This document shows, piece after piece, positions 1 through 11,184 of a stretch of DNA of 34,654 nt. Within the stretch, counting starts at the first letter, position 1; every line of letters begins with the position of its first letter. The stretch lies in the NCBI RefSeq assembly GCF_004010195.1, contig NC_057756.1, positions 8,361,200-8,395,853 of the forward strand. The letters run 5' to 3'. Made by a program: the position numbers and the translations under genes. The notes beneath the pieces were generated by a model. The model was not told the DNA's origin. It searched no databases and was given only the letters and a program-made list of their open reading frames with translations. This stretch comes from Chiloscyllium plagiosum (Eukaryota).

Positions 1-185
1 GCACTCCCTAAGCACTGACCCTCCGACAGTGCAGCACTCCCTCAGCACTGACCCTCCGACAGTGCAGCACTCCCTCAGCACTGACCCTCCGACAGTGCGG
101 CGCTCCCTCAGCACTGACCCTCCAACAATGCTGCACTCCCACACCACTGACCAACTGACAGTGCAGCACTCCCTCAGCACTGACT
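1..185. repeat. Degenerate 33-bp minisatellite (CAGCACTGACCCTCCGACAGTGCAGCACTCCCT), about 5.5 variable copies
   Basis: Tandem units visible directly; same family as the 1203-2930 array. Confidence 0.95.
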
Positions 186-204
186 CTCTGCCAGCGCGAT
201 GCTC

Positions 205-1195
205 TGCTTTCAGCGAGGATAGAGTAATACGCCATCTCCTCCATGATAACACTCAACACTGGAGCCCTCCCATGGGGCACCTTCTCACCCCACCTCCCCC
301 GCTACTCCCTGTCCACACGTGACTCTGGAGCTAAATTGTGAACAAACGCTACCTACACATTTGCTGACAACACCACTCTATGGTGCGACAGACCCCAAAC
401 GACGATGAGTCAGAATACAGAAAGGAGATACAGGGCTCTGTGACAACCTCTCTCTCAGTGTCAGCAAAAGGAAAGCCCTGGTCACTGAGTTCTGGACGGA
501 AAGTGCAGAACACGCCTCCACCTGCATCATTGGAGCTGATGTGGAGAGGGTTGAGGGCGTCACGTTCCTGGGCTTGAAGATAACCGACAGTGTGTCCTTG
601 ACTTTCAACATAGCTGCAACGGGTCAAGAAGGCACAACAACACCTTGTCATCCTCAGGAGGCTCAGAACATTTGGCATGTCCATAAAGACCCTCACCAAC
701 ACTTACCGATACACCGTAGAGACCATACTGTCTGGGTGCATAACCGCTCTGCCCAGGACCGTAAGAAACCGCGGAAGGTTTTGTACACATCCCAGACCAT
801 CACAGAAGCCAACTTCCCACCCACGGGCTCCGTTTACACCTCTCGCTGCTGTGAAAACGCTGCCTGTATCATCAAAGACCCCTCCCATCCCGGTAATGCT
901 CCCCTACAACCCCATCCGCCAGGCAGTAGGTACAGAAGCTTGAACACACGCACCAACAGATTCAGGAACAGCTTCTTCCCGGCTGTTATCAGAATGCTAA
1001 ATGGACCTTTCTAACTTTAAATAATGCAGATCTTGCTTTGCACAGCTGCTGTGCAGCTATAACCTTGTCTGCCTTGCTCTGTCAAAGCACCTGATCATCT
1101 CTATGATCCTGTTTGTTGTAATCTGCCTGTACTACTCACAAAACAAAACTTTCACTGAACTTAGGTCCAAATGACCATAGTAAACCAAATCAAAT
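205..1195 (+). mobile_element. 5'-truncated, decayed Rex1/Babar-type non-LTR retrotransposon (RT C-terminus and 3' end)
   Basis: Frameshifted peptides ITLNTGA, YTFADNTT (FADD motif), NDDESEYRKEI, VERVEGVTFLGLKIT, VKKAQQHLVILRRL, YRYTVETILSGCITA, RTNRFRNSFFPAVIRMLN; ends in a CAAAT-repeat tail. Confidence 0.8.
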
Positions 1196-1202
1196 ACAGT
1201 GT

Positions 1203-2930
1203 CCACTCCCTCAGCACTGACCCTCCGACAGTGCCCACTCACTCAGCACTGTCAGCACTGACCCTCCTACAGTGCAACACTCCCTCAGCACTGACCCTCC
1301 TACAGTGCAACACTCCCTCAGCACTGACCCTCCTACAGTGCAACACTCCCTCAGCACTGACCCTCCTACAGTGCAACACTCCCTCAGCACTGACCCTCCT
1401 ACAGTGCAACACTCCCTCAGCACTGACCCTCCTACAGTGCAACACTCCCTCAGCACTGACCCTCCTACAGTGCAACACTCCCTCAGCACTGACCCTCCTA
1501 CAGTGCAACACTCCCTCAGCACTGACCCTCCTACAGTGCAACACTCCCTCAGCACTGACCCTCCTACAGTGCAACACTCCCTCAGCACTGACCCTCCTAC
1601 AGTGCAACACTCCCTCAGCACTGACCCTCCTACAGTGCAACACTCCCTCAGCACTGACCCTCCTACAGTGCAACACTCCCTCAGCACTGACCCTCCTACA
1701 GTGCAACACTCCCTCAGCACTGACCCTCCTACAGTGCAACACTCCCTCAGCACTGACCCTCCTACAGTGCAACACTCCCTCAGCACTGACCCTCCTACAG
1801 TGCAACACTCCCTCAGCACTGACCCTCCTACAGTGCAACACTCCCTCAGCACTGACCCTCCTACAGTGCAACACTCCCTCAGCACTGACCCTCCTACAGT
1901 GCAACACTCCCTCAGCACTGACCCTCCTACAGTGCAACACTCCCTCAGCACTGACCCTCCTACAGTGCAACACTCCCTCAGCACTGACCCTCCTACAGTG
2001 CAACACTCCCTCAGCACTGACCCTCCTACAGTGCAACACTCCCTCAGCACTGACCCTCCTACAGTGCAACACTCCCTCAGCACTGACCCTCCTACAGTGC
2101 AACACTCCCTCAGCACTGACCCTCCTACAGTGCAACACTCCCTCAGCACTGACCCTCCTACAGTGCAACACTCCCTCAGCACTGACCCTCCTACAGTGCA
2201 ACACTCCCTCAGCACTGACCCTCCTACAGTGCAACACTCCCTCAGCACTGACCCTCCTACAGTGCAACACTCCCTCAGCACTGACCCTCCTACAGTGCAA
2301 CACTCCCTCAGCACTGACCCTCCTACAGTGCAACACTCCCTCAGCACTGACCCTCCTACAGTGCAACACTCCCTCAGCACTGACCCTCCTACAGTGCAAC
2401 ACTCCCTCAGCACTGACCCTCCTACAGTGCAACACTCCCTCAGCACTGACCCTCCTACAGTGCAACACTCCCTCAGCACTGACCCTCCTACAGTGCAACA
2501 CTCCCTCAGCACTGACCCTCCTACAGTGCAACACTCCCTCAGCACTGACCCTCCTACAGTGCAACACTCCCTCAGCACTGACCCTCCTACAGTGCAACAC
2601 TCCCTCAGCACTGACCCTCCTACAGTGCAACACTCCCTCAGCACTGACCCTCCTACAGTGCAACACTCCCTCAGCACTGACCCTCCTACAGTGCAACACT
2701 CCCTCAGCACTGACCCTCCTACAGTGCAACACTCCCTCAGCACTGACCCTCCTACAGTGCAACACTCCCTCAGCACTGACCCTCCTACAGTGCAACACTC
2801 CCTCAGCACTGACCCTCCTACAGTGCAACACTCCCTCAGCACTGACCCTCCTACAGTGCAACACTCCCTCAGCACTGACCCTCCTACAGTGCAACACTCC
2901 CTCAGCACTGACCCTCCTACAGTGCAACAC
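1203..2930. repeat. 33-bp minisatellite; about 51 identical copies of TCAGCACTGACCCTCCTACAGTGCAACACTCCC from 1252 to 2930
   Basis: Exact 33-bp period (printed lines recur every 660 nt); the long ORFs here are repeat artefacts. Confidence 0.98.
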
Positions 2931-3719
2931 AGCCTGTGCACTGCCTGTTATGACCTCCTGTGTACATTTTGATCTCCAGTCATTGGTTCTGTGTTGTATC
3001 TCTCAGTTTATAAGCAGCATTCCATGTTACCCACCTCGGTCTCTGTGATGACAATAAGGTGCAGACTTCAGCTTGGACACGCTCCAGAGGTCATGGTCAT
3101 TTGACCAGGTGTCTTGAACGACTTCAGGAAAAGAATTCAGTGAAACTGTAACCTGAATCCGTCGGGTATCGTTCACTCAATCTGTCATTGTCTCATTGTC
3201 AGTGAGGTCTTGATGTTTTACCGTTAACTGTTGGATATTGTGCGATCACATCTGAGAGAGACTCTGAATCCAACCCTTCCAAAGTGCCTTTAATGTGCAG
3301 GTGCACGTTAAACCACGCCCTGCTGCAAATAAATTAATTCACTTCAATTAACCTTGTTAAATGTTCCTTACAAAACCCATTTCATGTTCTTTAACGTCCA
3401 TGATTCCAAGTTACACCTGTCAGCATACACTCAACCTCCCTTGTCTCTCCAAGCAGGCCATGTAATTCATGTAGTTTGTTTCATGATTAGGATTCTTTGG
3501 AGAGACATGTGTTGTTGGTGTACTCACAATGGTTTTCTCTTTTTCATTGATTAATCGGTGTTGCTGGTGGGGCTTTCCTCGGCTATCTGACTCTCAGTGC
3601 CAATGTGGTAATGTGTTGGCGAGCTGGACCATTGAGGTGACTGAGCCTGCACTAACCCCACTGCACCAAAAAACCCAGGAGACCTTTTCACTTCTGATAA
3701 TGATCCACTTCCCTGTTAG

Positions 3720-4510
3720 AGTCATATAGGTGTACAGTACGGAAACAGACCCTTCGCTCCAAACCATCCATGCCAGATATCCCAACCCAATCCAGTCCCA
3801 TTTGCCAGCACCTGACCCATATCCCTCCAAACCCTTCCTATTCATATACCCATCCAAATGCCTCTTAAATGTTCCAATTGTACCAGCCTCCACCACTTCC
3901 TCTGGCAGCTCATTCCATACACATATCACCCTCGTGTGAAAAAGTTGCCCCTTAGGTCTCTTTTATATCTTTCCCCTCTCACCGTAAACCTATGTCCTCT
4001 AGTTCCGGACTCCCCATTCCCAGGGAAAAGACTTTGCCTATTTATCCTATCCATGCCCCTCATAATTATGTAAACCTCTATAAGGTCACCCCTCAGTCTC
4101 TGATGTTCCAGGGAAAACAGCCCCAGCCTGTTCAGCCTCTCCCCATAGCTCAAGCCCTCCAACCCTGGCAACATCCTTGTAAATTTCGTCTGAACCCTTT
4201 CACATTTCACAACATCTTTCCGATAGGAAGGAGACCAGAATTGCACGCAATATTCCAACAGTGGCCTCCCAACTCCTGTACTCAATACTCTGCCCAATAA
4301 AGGAAAGCATACCAAATGCCTTCTTCACTATCCTATCTACCTGCAACTCCACTTTCAAGGAGCTATGAACCTGCACTCCAAGGTCTCTTTGTTCAGCAAC
4401 ACTCCCCAGGANNNNNNNNNNNNNNNNNNNNNNNNGGCACTCCACTGGTCACAGGCCTCCAGTCTGAAAAACAACCCTCCACCACCACCCTACCTTTGAG
4501 CCAGTTCTGA
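3720..4510 (-). mobile_element. CR1 LINE 3' fragment (contains a gap)
   Basis: LEYCVQFWSPSYRKDV, RLRGDLIEVY, TRGH, VWNELPEEVVEAGTI, FKRHLDGYM motifs plus CR1 3' UTR. Confidence 0.92.
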
Positions 4511-4559
4511 AAGCTTCAGTTGAACCTGCCTTTGCCATCCCCTCAGGGACAGCATCCCA

Positions 4560-5105
4560 CATGCAGACCAGTTGCTGAATGGAGTATGGTGTCCAGTTCT
4601 GGTCGCCCACTTGTGAGAATAATATTATTAACCTGGAGCAGGATCAGAGGAGATTTACCAGGACCTTGCTGGCAGTGGGGGGGGGGGAGGGGTTATAAGG
4701 AGAGGCTGGATAGGCTGGGAGGTTTCTCACTGGAGCGTAGGAGGTCGAGGGGTGACCTTATGGAAGTTTATAAAATCATGAGGGGCATGGATCGCTTTAT
4801 TGGAAGGCGTCTTTTCCCCAGGGTGGGGGATTTCAAGGCTGGGGAGAGGAGAGAGATTTAAAAAAAGGCACACAAGGCAATTTTTTTTTTACAAAGAGGG
4901 TGGTTCACGTGTGGAATGAACTGCCTGCCGACATAGTGGACGCGGGTACAATTACAACCTTGAAAAGACACTTGGATGGATTCCTGGAGAGGAAAGGTTT
5001 GGAGCGATGTGGGCGAGGAGCAGGCAGGCTCAGTTTGGGATTAGGGTCAGCCTGGACTGGTGAGACCAAGAGGTCCCTTTCTGTGTCATGTGACGTCGTG
5101 ATTCG
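4560..5105 (+). mobile_element. Decayed CR1 LINE 3' fragment
   Basis: YKERLDRLG, SLERRRSRGDLMEVYKIMRG, VWNELPADIVDAGTI. Confidence 0.88.
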
Positions 5106-5314
5106 GTGAAATAACGTGATTGGTTAGGGTGAGGCTGTTGTTTCTGCTGTCAATCACCTCTTCCGAGTGAGATTGAAACGGGTCACTCAGATCCCCTCGT
5201 GTAAGGGGTGGAGGGGTCTCGATCAGGGGGGCACTGTCTCTAGAAGCAGGAGGGTCAGTCCCCAGAGGGGAGACAGTTTGAAGAGAATTGGGAAAAGAGT
5301 GAGAGGGACTCACT

Positions 5315-6030
5315 GAGTCACAGAGATGTACAGCCCGAAAACAGACCCTTCGGCCCAACCCGTCCATGCTGACCCAGATATCCCAACCCAATCTAGTCCC
5401 ACCTGCCAGCGCCCGGCCCATATCCCTCCAAACCCTCCCTATTCATATACCCATCCAAATGCCTCTTAAATGTTGCAATTGTACCAGCCTCCACCACTTC
5501 CTCTGGCAGCTCATTCCACNNNNNNNNNNNNNNNNNNNNNNNNNNNNNNNNNNNNNNNNNNNNNNNNNNNNNNNNNNNNNNNNNNNNNNNNNNNNNNNNN
5601 NNNNNNNNNNNNNNNNNNNNCTATTTATCCTATCCATGCCCCTCATAACTTTGTAAACCTCTATAAGGTTTATAGAGGTTCCGACGCTCCAGGGAAAACA
5701 GCCCCAGCCTGTTAAGCCTCTCCCTGTAGCTCAGATCCTCCAACCCTGGCAACATCCTTGTAAATCTTTTCTGAACCCTTTCAAGTTTCACAACATCTTT
5801 CCGATAGGAAGGAGACCAGAACTGCACGCAATATTCCAACTGTGGCTTAACTAATGTCCTGGGTAAAAACAATGACTGCAGATGCTGGAAACCAGATTCT
5901 GGATCAGTGGTGCTGGAAGAGCACAGCAATTCAGGCAGTGTCCGATGAGCAGCTTCCTCGGATGCTGCCTGAACTGCTGTGCTCTTCCAGCACCACTGAC
6001 CAATGTCCGGTACAGCCGCAACATGCCAGC
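5315..6030 (-). mobile_element. CR1 LINE 3' fragment interrupted by a Penelope-like insert at about 5862-5999
   Basis: LVKPQLEYCVQFWSPSYRKDVVKLERVQKRFTRMLPGL; CR1 sequence resumes at 6000. Confidence 0.9.
5862..5999. mobile_element. Penelope-like terminal fragment arranged as an inverted repeat
   Basis: TCAGTGGTGCTGGAAGAGCACAGCAATTCAGGCAG pairs with CTGCCTGAACTGCTGTGCTCTTCCAGCACCACTGA; resembles the terminus at 34230-34270; has a one-sided ACTGCAGATGCTGGA extension. Confidence 0.7.
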
Positions 6031-6536
6031 AATGCACTGACCGATAATTGCGAGGGAGAGTGTATCTTGCAAAGTTGTTGCGATTTGGAATGTGGTGCCT
6101 GAAAGCATTGGGAGCAGATTGAACAGGAACTTTCAAAAGGTGGGGGGAGGGTGGGGGTTGGTGGTGGAACCAGGGAAATACTGGGAGGGAAACTATTCAG
6201 ACAGGCAGTAGCGGGAGGGAGAGGGAAAGAAACAGTACCAATTGCAGAAGTCTTGCAAAGACGTGGTAGCAGTTTGACAGCGTGAATGGCCTGCCCCGGG
6301 ATTGCCGGAGGAGGGTGACCTTTCCGCTGGGAGAGTACAGCTGCTGAGTGCAGTCATGTCGCAGCTTCTTGGAAATAATTTACACAGGGAACAAAGAAAA
6401 ACCACCAGATTAACACACACCCTTCAATTATTCTTTCAATGGAGTTCCTGTACTGCTGGTTTCGGTGGTAAAGGTCAGAGAGTCGAAGGAAAGACAGCAT
6501 CGAGAATTTGTTGGTGACACACAGCAAGAGTGTGCT

Positions 6537-6810
6537 CTAACTGAGGGATACGGAGACTGGAACTGTGCACAGTGCTCCGAGAGTGGGTCTAACTGAGGGA
6601 TACGGAGACTGGAACTGTGCACAGTGCTCCGAGTGTGGGTCTAACTGAGGGATACAGAGACTGGAACTGTGCACAGTGCTCCGAGTGTGGGTCTGACTGA
6701 GGGGTACAGAGACAGGAACTGTGCACAGTGCTCCGAGTGAGGGTCTGACTGTGGGGTACAGAGACTGGAACTGTGCACAGTGCTCCGAGTGTGGGTCTAA
6801 CTGAGTGATA
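6537..6810. repeat. 52-bp minisatellite, about 5.2 copies, CR1-derived
   Basis: Unit CTAACTGAGGGATACGGAGACTGGAACTGTGCACAGTGCTCCGAGTGTGGGT; resembles the CR1 segment at 5811-5853. Confidence 0.93.
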
Positions 6811-6919
6811 CTAACTACATAAACCACATTGTGGAAGAGTCCGATGTCAAATTTTGAAGAGTTTATGTTTTGAAAATAATTAACACTGTCCCACAGTTAA
6901 CCACCAGAGAATGAGCATG

Positions 6920-6972
6920 TGAGAGAGAGAGAGCGTGAGAGAGAAAGAGAGAGAGAGAGAGGAGAGAGAGAG
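6920..6972. repeat. Imperfect (GA)n microsatellite
   Basis: Direct inspection. Confidence 0.9.
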
Positions 6973-7304
6973 GCGGAAGGAGAATATAGCAAAATCAACA
7001 AGATTAATTCCATCATCAAACTGATAGCCACATTATGGAATAAATAAGGTTTCACACACCAGCTGGTCTCAGAGTTTGATGGGACATGTGATGTTCTGCA
7101 GCTGTCTCTGGGGACTGCCTCTCACTGATACAGACTGGAGATTAATTTACAAAATTAATTCCAATGTCAACATTTCACTGGGATGATGACTGATCAGATT
7201 GGTGCCTCCTTACTGTGTGTCCACAGAAACTGAGGTTGTGATTGGCTGCTCAAGAACGCTTAGAGGCTAAACCTGTAGGTCAGGAGTATTAGTCACGGAT
7301 AAGG

Positions 7305-7410
7305 ACAGGACAGGAGGGTAGGGAAATGGGGCTGGCTGGGTTATTCTTCGGAGGGTCGGTGCGGACCTGTTGGGCCGAACGGCCTGTTTCTACACTGTAG
7401 GGAATCTGTA
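7305..7410 (+). mobile_element. HE1-type SINE 3' fragment
   Basis: TTCGGAGGGTCGGTGCGGACCTGTTGGGCCGAACGGCCTGTTTCTACACTGTAGGGA matches the 3' part of the SINE at 12370-12683. Confidence 0.75.
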
Positions 7411-7789
7411 ATTCCCACAATAATTCTTCTGTACCTCCCTGTTTATCTCAAACCCGGTCACACCTGAGTTCAGTTAAAAGAAACCTCTTGTTGAATTAAT
7501 TAGTAAACGAAGTGTTCCTGGTAAAAAGGAAACCGACACGGAATCCATTGTCTGTCCCGCTCGAAGAAGGCAAGAGATCATGGGAGTTGTCTGGGGGCCT
7601 GTTGGCCCACTCAGCCTGTTCCTGACCTCCCCTGCACCACCCTCCCCCCACCCCCGTCCCAGCAGCACTAACCTTCTCCCACACCTCAGTTTCCTGCAAT
7701 GTTCAAGGAAGCCTCGTCCTGTGCTGTTCTGTGCACGGGAGCTCGAGATGTTCACAGCTCTCTGATTGAAGACCTTCAGTGGGGCCCTT

Positions 7790-8300
7790 AACCAATTGGT
7801 CAGAGTATTGAGTACAGGAGTTGGAAGGTCATGTTGCGGCTGTGCAGGACATTGGTTAGGCCACTGTCGGAATATTGTGTGCAATTCTGGTCTCCTTCCT
7901 ATGAGCGTCGGAGGCTGAGGGGTGACCTTATAGAGGTTTACAAAATTATGAGGGGCATGGATAGGGTAAATAGACAGAGTCTTTTCCCTCGGGTGGGGAA
8001 GTCCAAAACTAGAGGGGCATAGGTTTAGGGTGAGAGGGGAAAGATATAAAGAGACCGAAGGGGTAACTTTTTCACCCAGAGGGTGGTGCATGTGTGGAAT
8101 GAGCTGCCAGAGGAAGTGGTGGAGGCTGGTACAATTGCAACATTTAAGAGGCATTTGGATGGGTATATGAATAGGGAGGGTTTGGAGGGATATGGGCCGG
8201 GCGCTGGCAGGTGGGACTAGATTGGGTTGGGATATCTGGGTCAGCATGGACGGGTTGGGCCGAAGGGTCTGTTTTCGGGCTGTATATCTCTGTGACTGTA
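7790..8300 (+). mobile_element. CR1 LINE 3' fragment with an internal deletion near 7903
   Basis: LVRPLSEYCVQFWSPSY joined directly to ERRRLRGDLIEVYKIMRG; complete 3' UTR. Confidence 0.92.
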
Positions 8301-8537
8301 TGTTAATTCCAGAACTGCACACAATACTCCGTCACCAACTTAGGCAATGTTTATACCGTTCCTGTACCCCCTCCCTGTGTTTAAGCTCTGAGCCTGACCT
8401 GAATATGGATATTTCCCAATGAACTTCTGAATTGCTTTAGCTGCCTCTCTGGTACACCTTGGTCCCTCTGAATGTCAGTTCTCCTGAACAATCCGGTCAC
8501 CCTTGACCTGAGCAAATTCTGCGGGCAGTGCTCTTTT

Positions 8538-8795
8538 TAATTCATTCGTGGATTGAGGGCATTGCTGACTAGGCCAGCATTTATTACCCATCCCTAATTG
8601 CCCAGGGGGCAGTTAAGAGTCAACCCCCATGGCTGTGGGTCTGGAGTCACATGTAGGCCAGACCAGGAAGCAAGGGCAGTTTCCTTCCCTAAAGGACATT
8701 AGCTGACCAGGTGGGTTTTTCCTAATTCCAGGTGTTTACTGAATCCAAATTCCACCATCGACCAAGACGGGATGTGAACCGTGACCCCCAGAACC
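8538..8795 (-). mobile_element. tRNA-derived SINE of a second (non-HE1) family
   Basis: B-box-like GGTTCACATCC on the minus strand near 8770-8781; tail GGCAATTAGGGATGGGTAATAAATGCTGG...GAATGAA; related to 21935-22122. Confidence 0.6.
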
Positions 8796-8819
8796 TTACT
8801 GTGTTCATGACTCTCTCAC

Positions 8820-9265
8820 GGAGAGGGGTCTGAGGGAGTGACCTGATCGAGGGGGTTACAATTCTGAGAGGGGGGTCACTCGGGGAGATGGAGAGATGAT
8901 GGTTCCACTTGTGGGAGGGAGAGACCGGAAAGAGGGGCCGTCCCAATGGAGACAATCCCGGATAAATCCCATTGGGAATTCAGGAGAAACATCTTCACCC
9001 AGAGGGTTGGGGACGGGAATGTGGGACTGACTCCCACAGGGAGTGGGGGGGGGAAATGTGGGACTGACTCCCACAGGGAGTTGGGGGGGAAATGTGGGAA
9101 TCACTCCCACAGGGAGTGGGGAAGGTGAATCCTGTCAAAATATTGAGGAGAGGGAGAGAAAGACATAGTGATGGGAGGGGTTGATGAAGAGAGTTTTCGG
9201 GAAGAGAGGGTGGTGTGTAGGAAGAAGGCTAGCACGGAGCAGAGGGAGTGAATGGCCTGTTGTGT
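8820..9265 (+). mobile_element. Decayed CR1 3' fragment containing a 3x ~38-bp internal tandem repeat (9015-9125)
   Basis: GAGGGAGTGACCTGATCGAGG, AGGAGAAACATCTTCACCCAGAGGG; repeat unit AATGTGGGACTGACTCCCACAGGGAG. Confidence 0.75.
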
Positions 9266-9739
9266 TCAGGGACAGTGCACAGATGAATGGGCGGCCAATG
9301 TTTTTACAAGCCTGTTGACATCAGGAAGTGTGACTGCTCTATCACAGAGCCGTGATATTTAATTACACCTGAATGACCCAAAGTGCTACGTTCAAATGGT
9401 AAACACCTTGCATATTTAAACAGTCAAATAGCTCCTTTATCATGAGATGATTAGATTGTATTGATCATTGCCAAGTTACAGAAAATCTCCTTTGACTGTT
9501 TCTGCGGGTCACACTTGCTCAACAATTATGGTCTGTTTGCTTCAATGCTCTTATGTAAATATGTTTTTATTAATCTGTTGTGGTGATGTCTCCAACTGCC
9601 ATATTTGGTGGCTTGTTCTGATGGAGTCCTGTTCTTCCTCCTGTGATAACTTTATCCTCCCTTCATTCAGTGTCACGAGTATTGTATGAATCATCTTCCG
9701 GTCCCAGTTTCTCCAGATATCGGGAGGCATTCAGATTAG

Positions 9740-9903
9740 CACCATCACCTTGAGTATCCGAGGGGAACACCATTGACCAGAAACTCAACCCACATGAGCA
9801 CACTGGCTCCAAGAGCAGGTCAGAGGCTGGGCATACTGCAGTGAGTAACTCTCCTCCCCAAAGCCAGTCACACCATCGACAAGGCACAAGGCAGGAGGGT
9901 GAG
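9740..9903 (+). mobile_element. Fragment of a second CR1-clade LINE family
   Basis: ACCATTGACCAGAAACTCAAC...GCAGGTCAGAGGCTGGG...CAGTGAGTAACTC, shared with 20880-21055 and 30110-30185. Confidence 0.7.
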
Positions 9904-10403
9904 NNNNNNNNNNNNNNNNNNNNNNNNNNNNNNNNNNNNNNNNNNNNNNNNNNNNNNNNNNNNNNNNNNNNNNNNNNNNNNNNNNNNNNNNNNNNNNNNN
10001 NNNNNNNNNNNNNNNNNNNNNNNNNNNNNNNNNNNNNNNNNNNNNNNNNNNNNNNNNNNNNNNNNNNNNNNNNNNNNNNNNNNNNNNNNNNNNNNNNNNN
10101 NNNNNNNNNNNNNNNNNNNNNNNNNNNNNNNNNNNNNNNNNNNNNNNNNNNNNNNNNNNNNNNNNNNNNNNNNNNNNNNNNNNNNNNNNNNNNNNNNNNN
10201 NNNNNNNNNNNNNNNNNNNNNNNNNNNNNNNNNNNNNNNNNNNNNNNNNNNNNNNNNNNNNNNNNNNNNNNNNNNNNNNNNNNNNNNNNNNNNNNNNNNN
10301 NNNNNNNNNNNNNNNNNNNNNNNNNNNNNNNNNNNNNNNNNNNNNNNNNNNNNNNNNNNNNNNNNNNNNNNNNNNNNNNNNNNNNNNNNNNNNNNNNNNN
10401 NNN

Positions 10404-10702
10404 ATCATGAGGGGGACATGGATAGCGTAAATAGACAAGGTCTTGACCCCCTGGGGTGGGGGAGTCCAGAAATGGAGGTTTATAAAATCATGAGGGGGAC
10501 ATGGATAGGGTAAATAGACAAGGTCTTTTCCCCCTGGGGTGGGGGAGTCCAGAACTATAGGGATATAGGTTTAGGATGAGAGGGGAAAGATATAAAAGAG
10601 ACCTAAGGGGCAGCTTTTTCCCCCAGAGGGTGGTGCGTGTGTGGAAGGAGCTGCCAGAGGAAGTGGTGGAGGCTGGTACAATGACAACATTGGAAAGACA
10701 TC
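10404..10702 (+). mobile_element. CR1 3' fragment with a short internal duplication
   Basis: EVYKIMRG, RGERYKRDLRGSFFPQRVVRVWKELPEEVVEAG. Confidence 0.88.
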
Positions 10703-10705
10703 AAG

Positions 10706-10925
10706 GGGGCGGACAGTTGGATTGTCTCTCGTTGGAAACAGCTATTTCCTGGTATTTGTGTGGCACGTGTATTCCCTGTCAGCCCAGGCCCTGGGTATTA
10801 TCCAGATCGTGTGGTCTTTGGAGACAGTCTGCTTCGGTACCTGAGGAGCAAGCAGATGGAACTGGGAATGTGCGATCATTGGTGAGCAGCCCCCACCTCT
10901 GACGGAGGGAATGTTCAGCAGTGAT
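10706..10925 (-). mobile_element. Second-family CR1-clade LINE RT fragment
   Basis: Reverse-complement similarity to 29860-30060. Confidence 0.55.
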
Positions 10926-11184
10926 CAGGAGGAGCAGTGGTGGTAAGGAACGCGCAAACGATTGGCCGGAAACAGGAGAGAGAGGAAGCGACAGAGGTTT
11001 GGGAATACAGTATAGTAGGGAGCTCCAGTAGGCCTCTCACTGAGGCTAACCCAGGAGATGACAGCACAGCAGCAACAACCAATCACACGGTGGCCCTTCA
11101 GCCCAAACTGGGCCATGCGGTCTCGTTCCAAACGCCCGCTTTTGTCCATCTCCCTCTGAACCCTTCCCGTCGGTGTACCTGTCC

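Noticed and set aside
1252..2930. CRISPR-like array (33-bp repeat with a hairpin)
   Set aside because: No spacers, no cas genes, and a vertebrate context
1171..3048. ORFs of 563-625 aa on both strands
   Set aside because: Translations of a 33-bp tandem repeat that is stop-free in most frames; no coding evidence
6560..6790. Functional recombination signal sequences or an immunoglobulin locus
   Set aside because: Heptamers only, with no nonamers and no V, D or J segments in the window
7490..7525. GTGTTCCTG|GTAA resembling the end of a GPCR exon 1 on the plus strand
   Set aside because: The upstream frame (KPLVELISKRSVP) lacks the YYP motif and hydrophobic TM1, and there is no plus-strand exon 2
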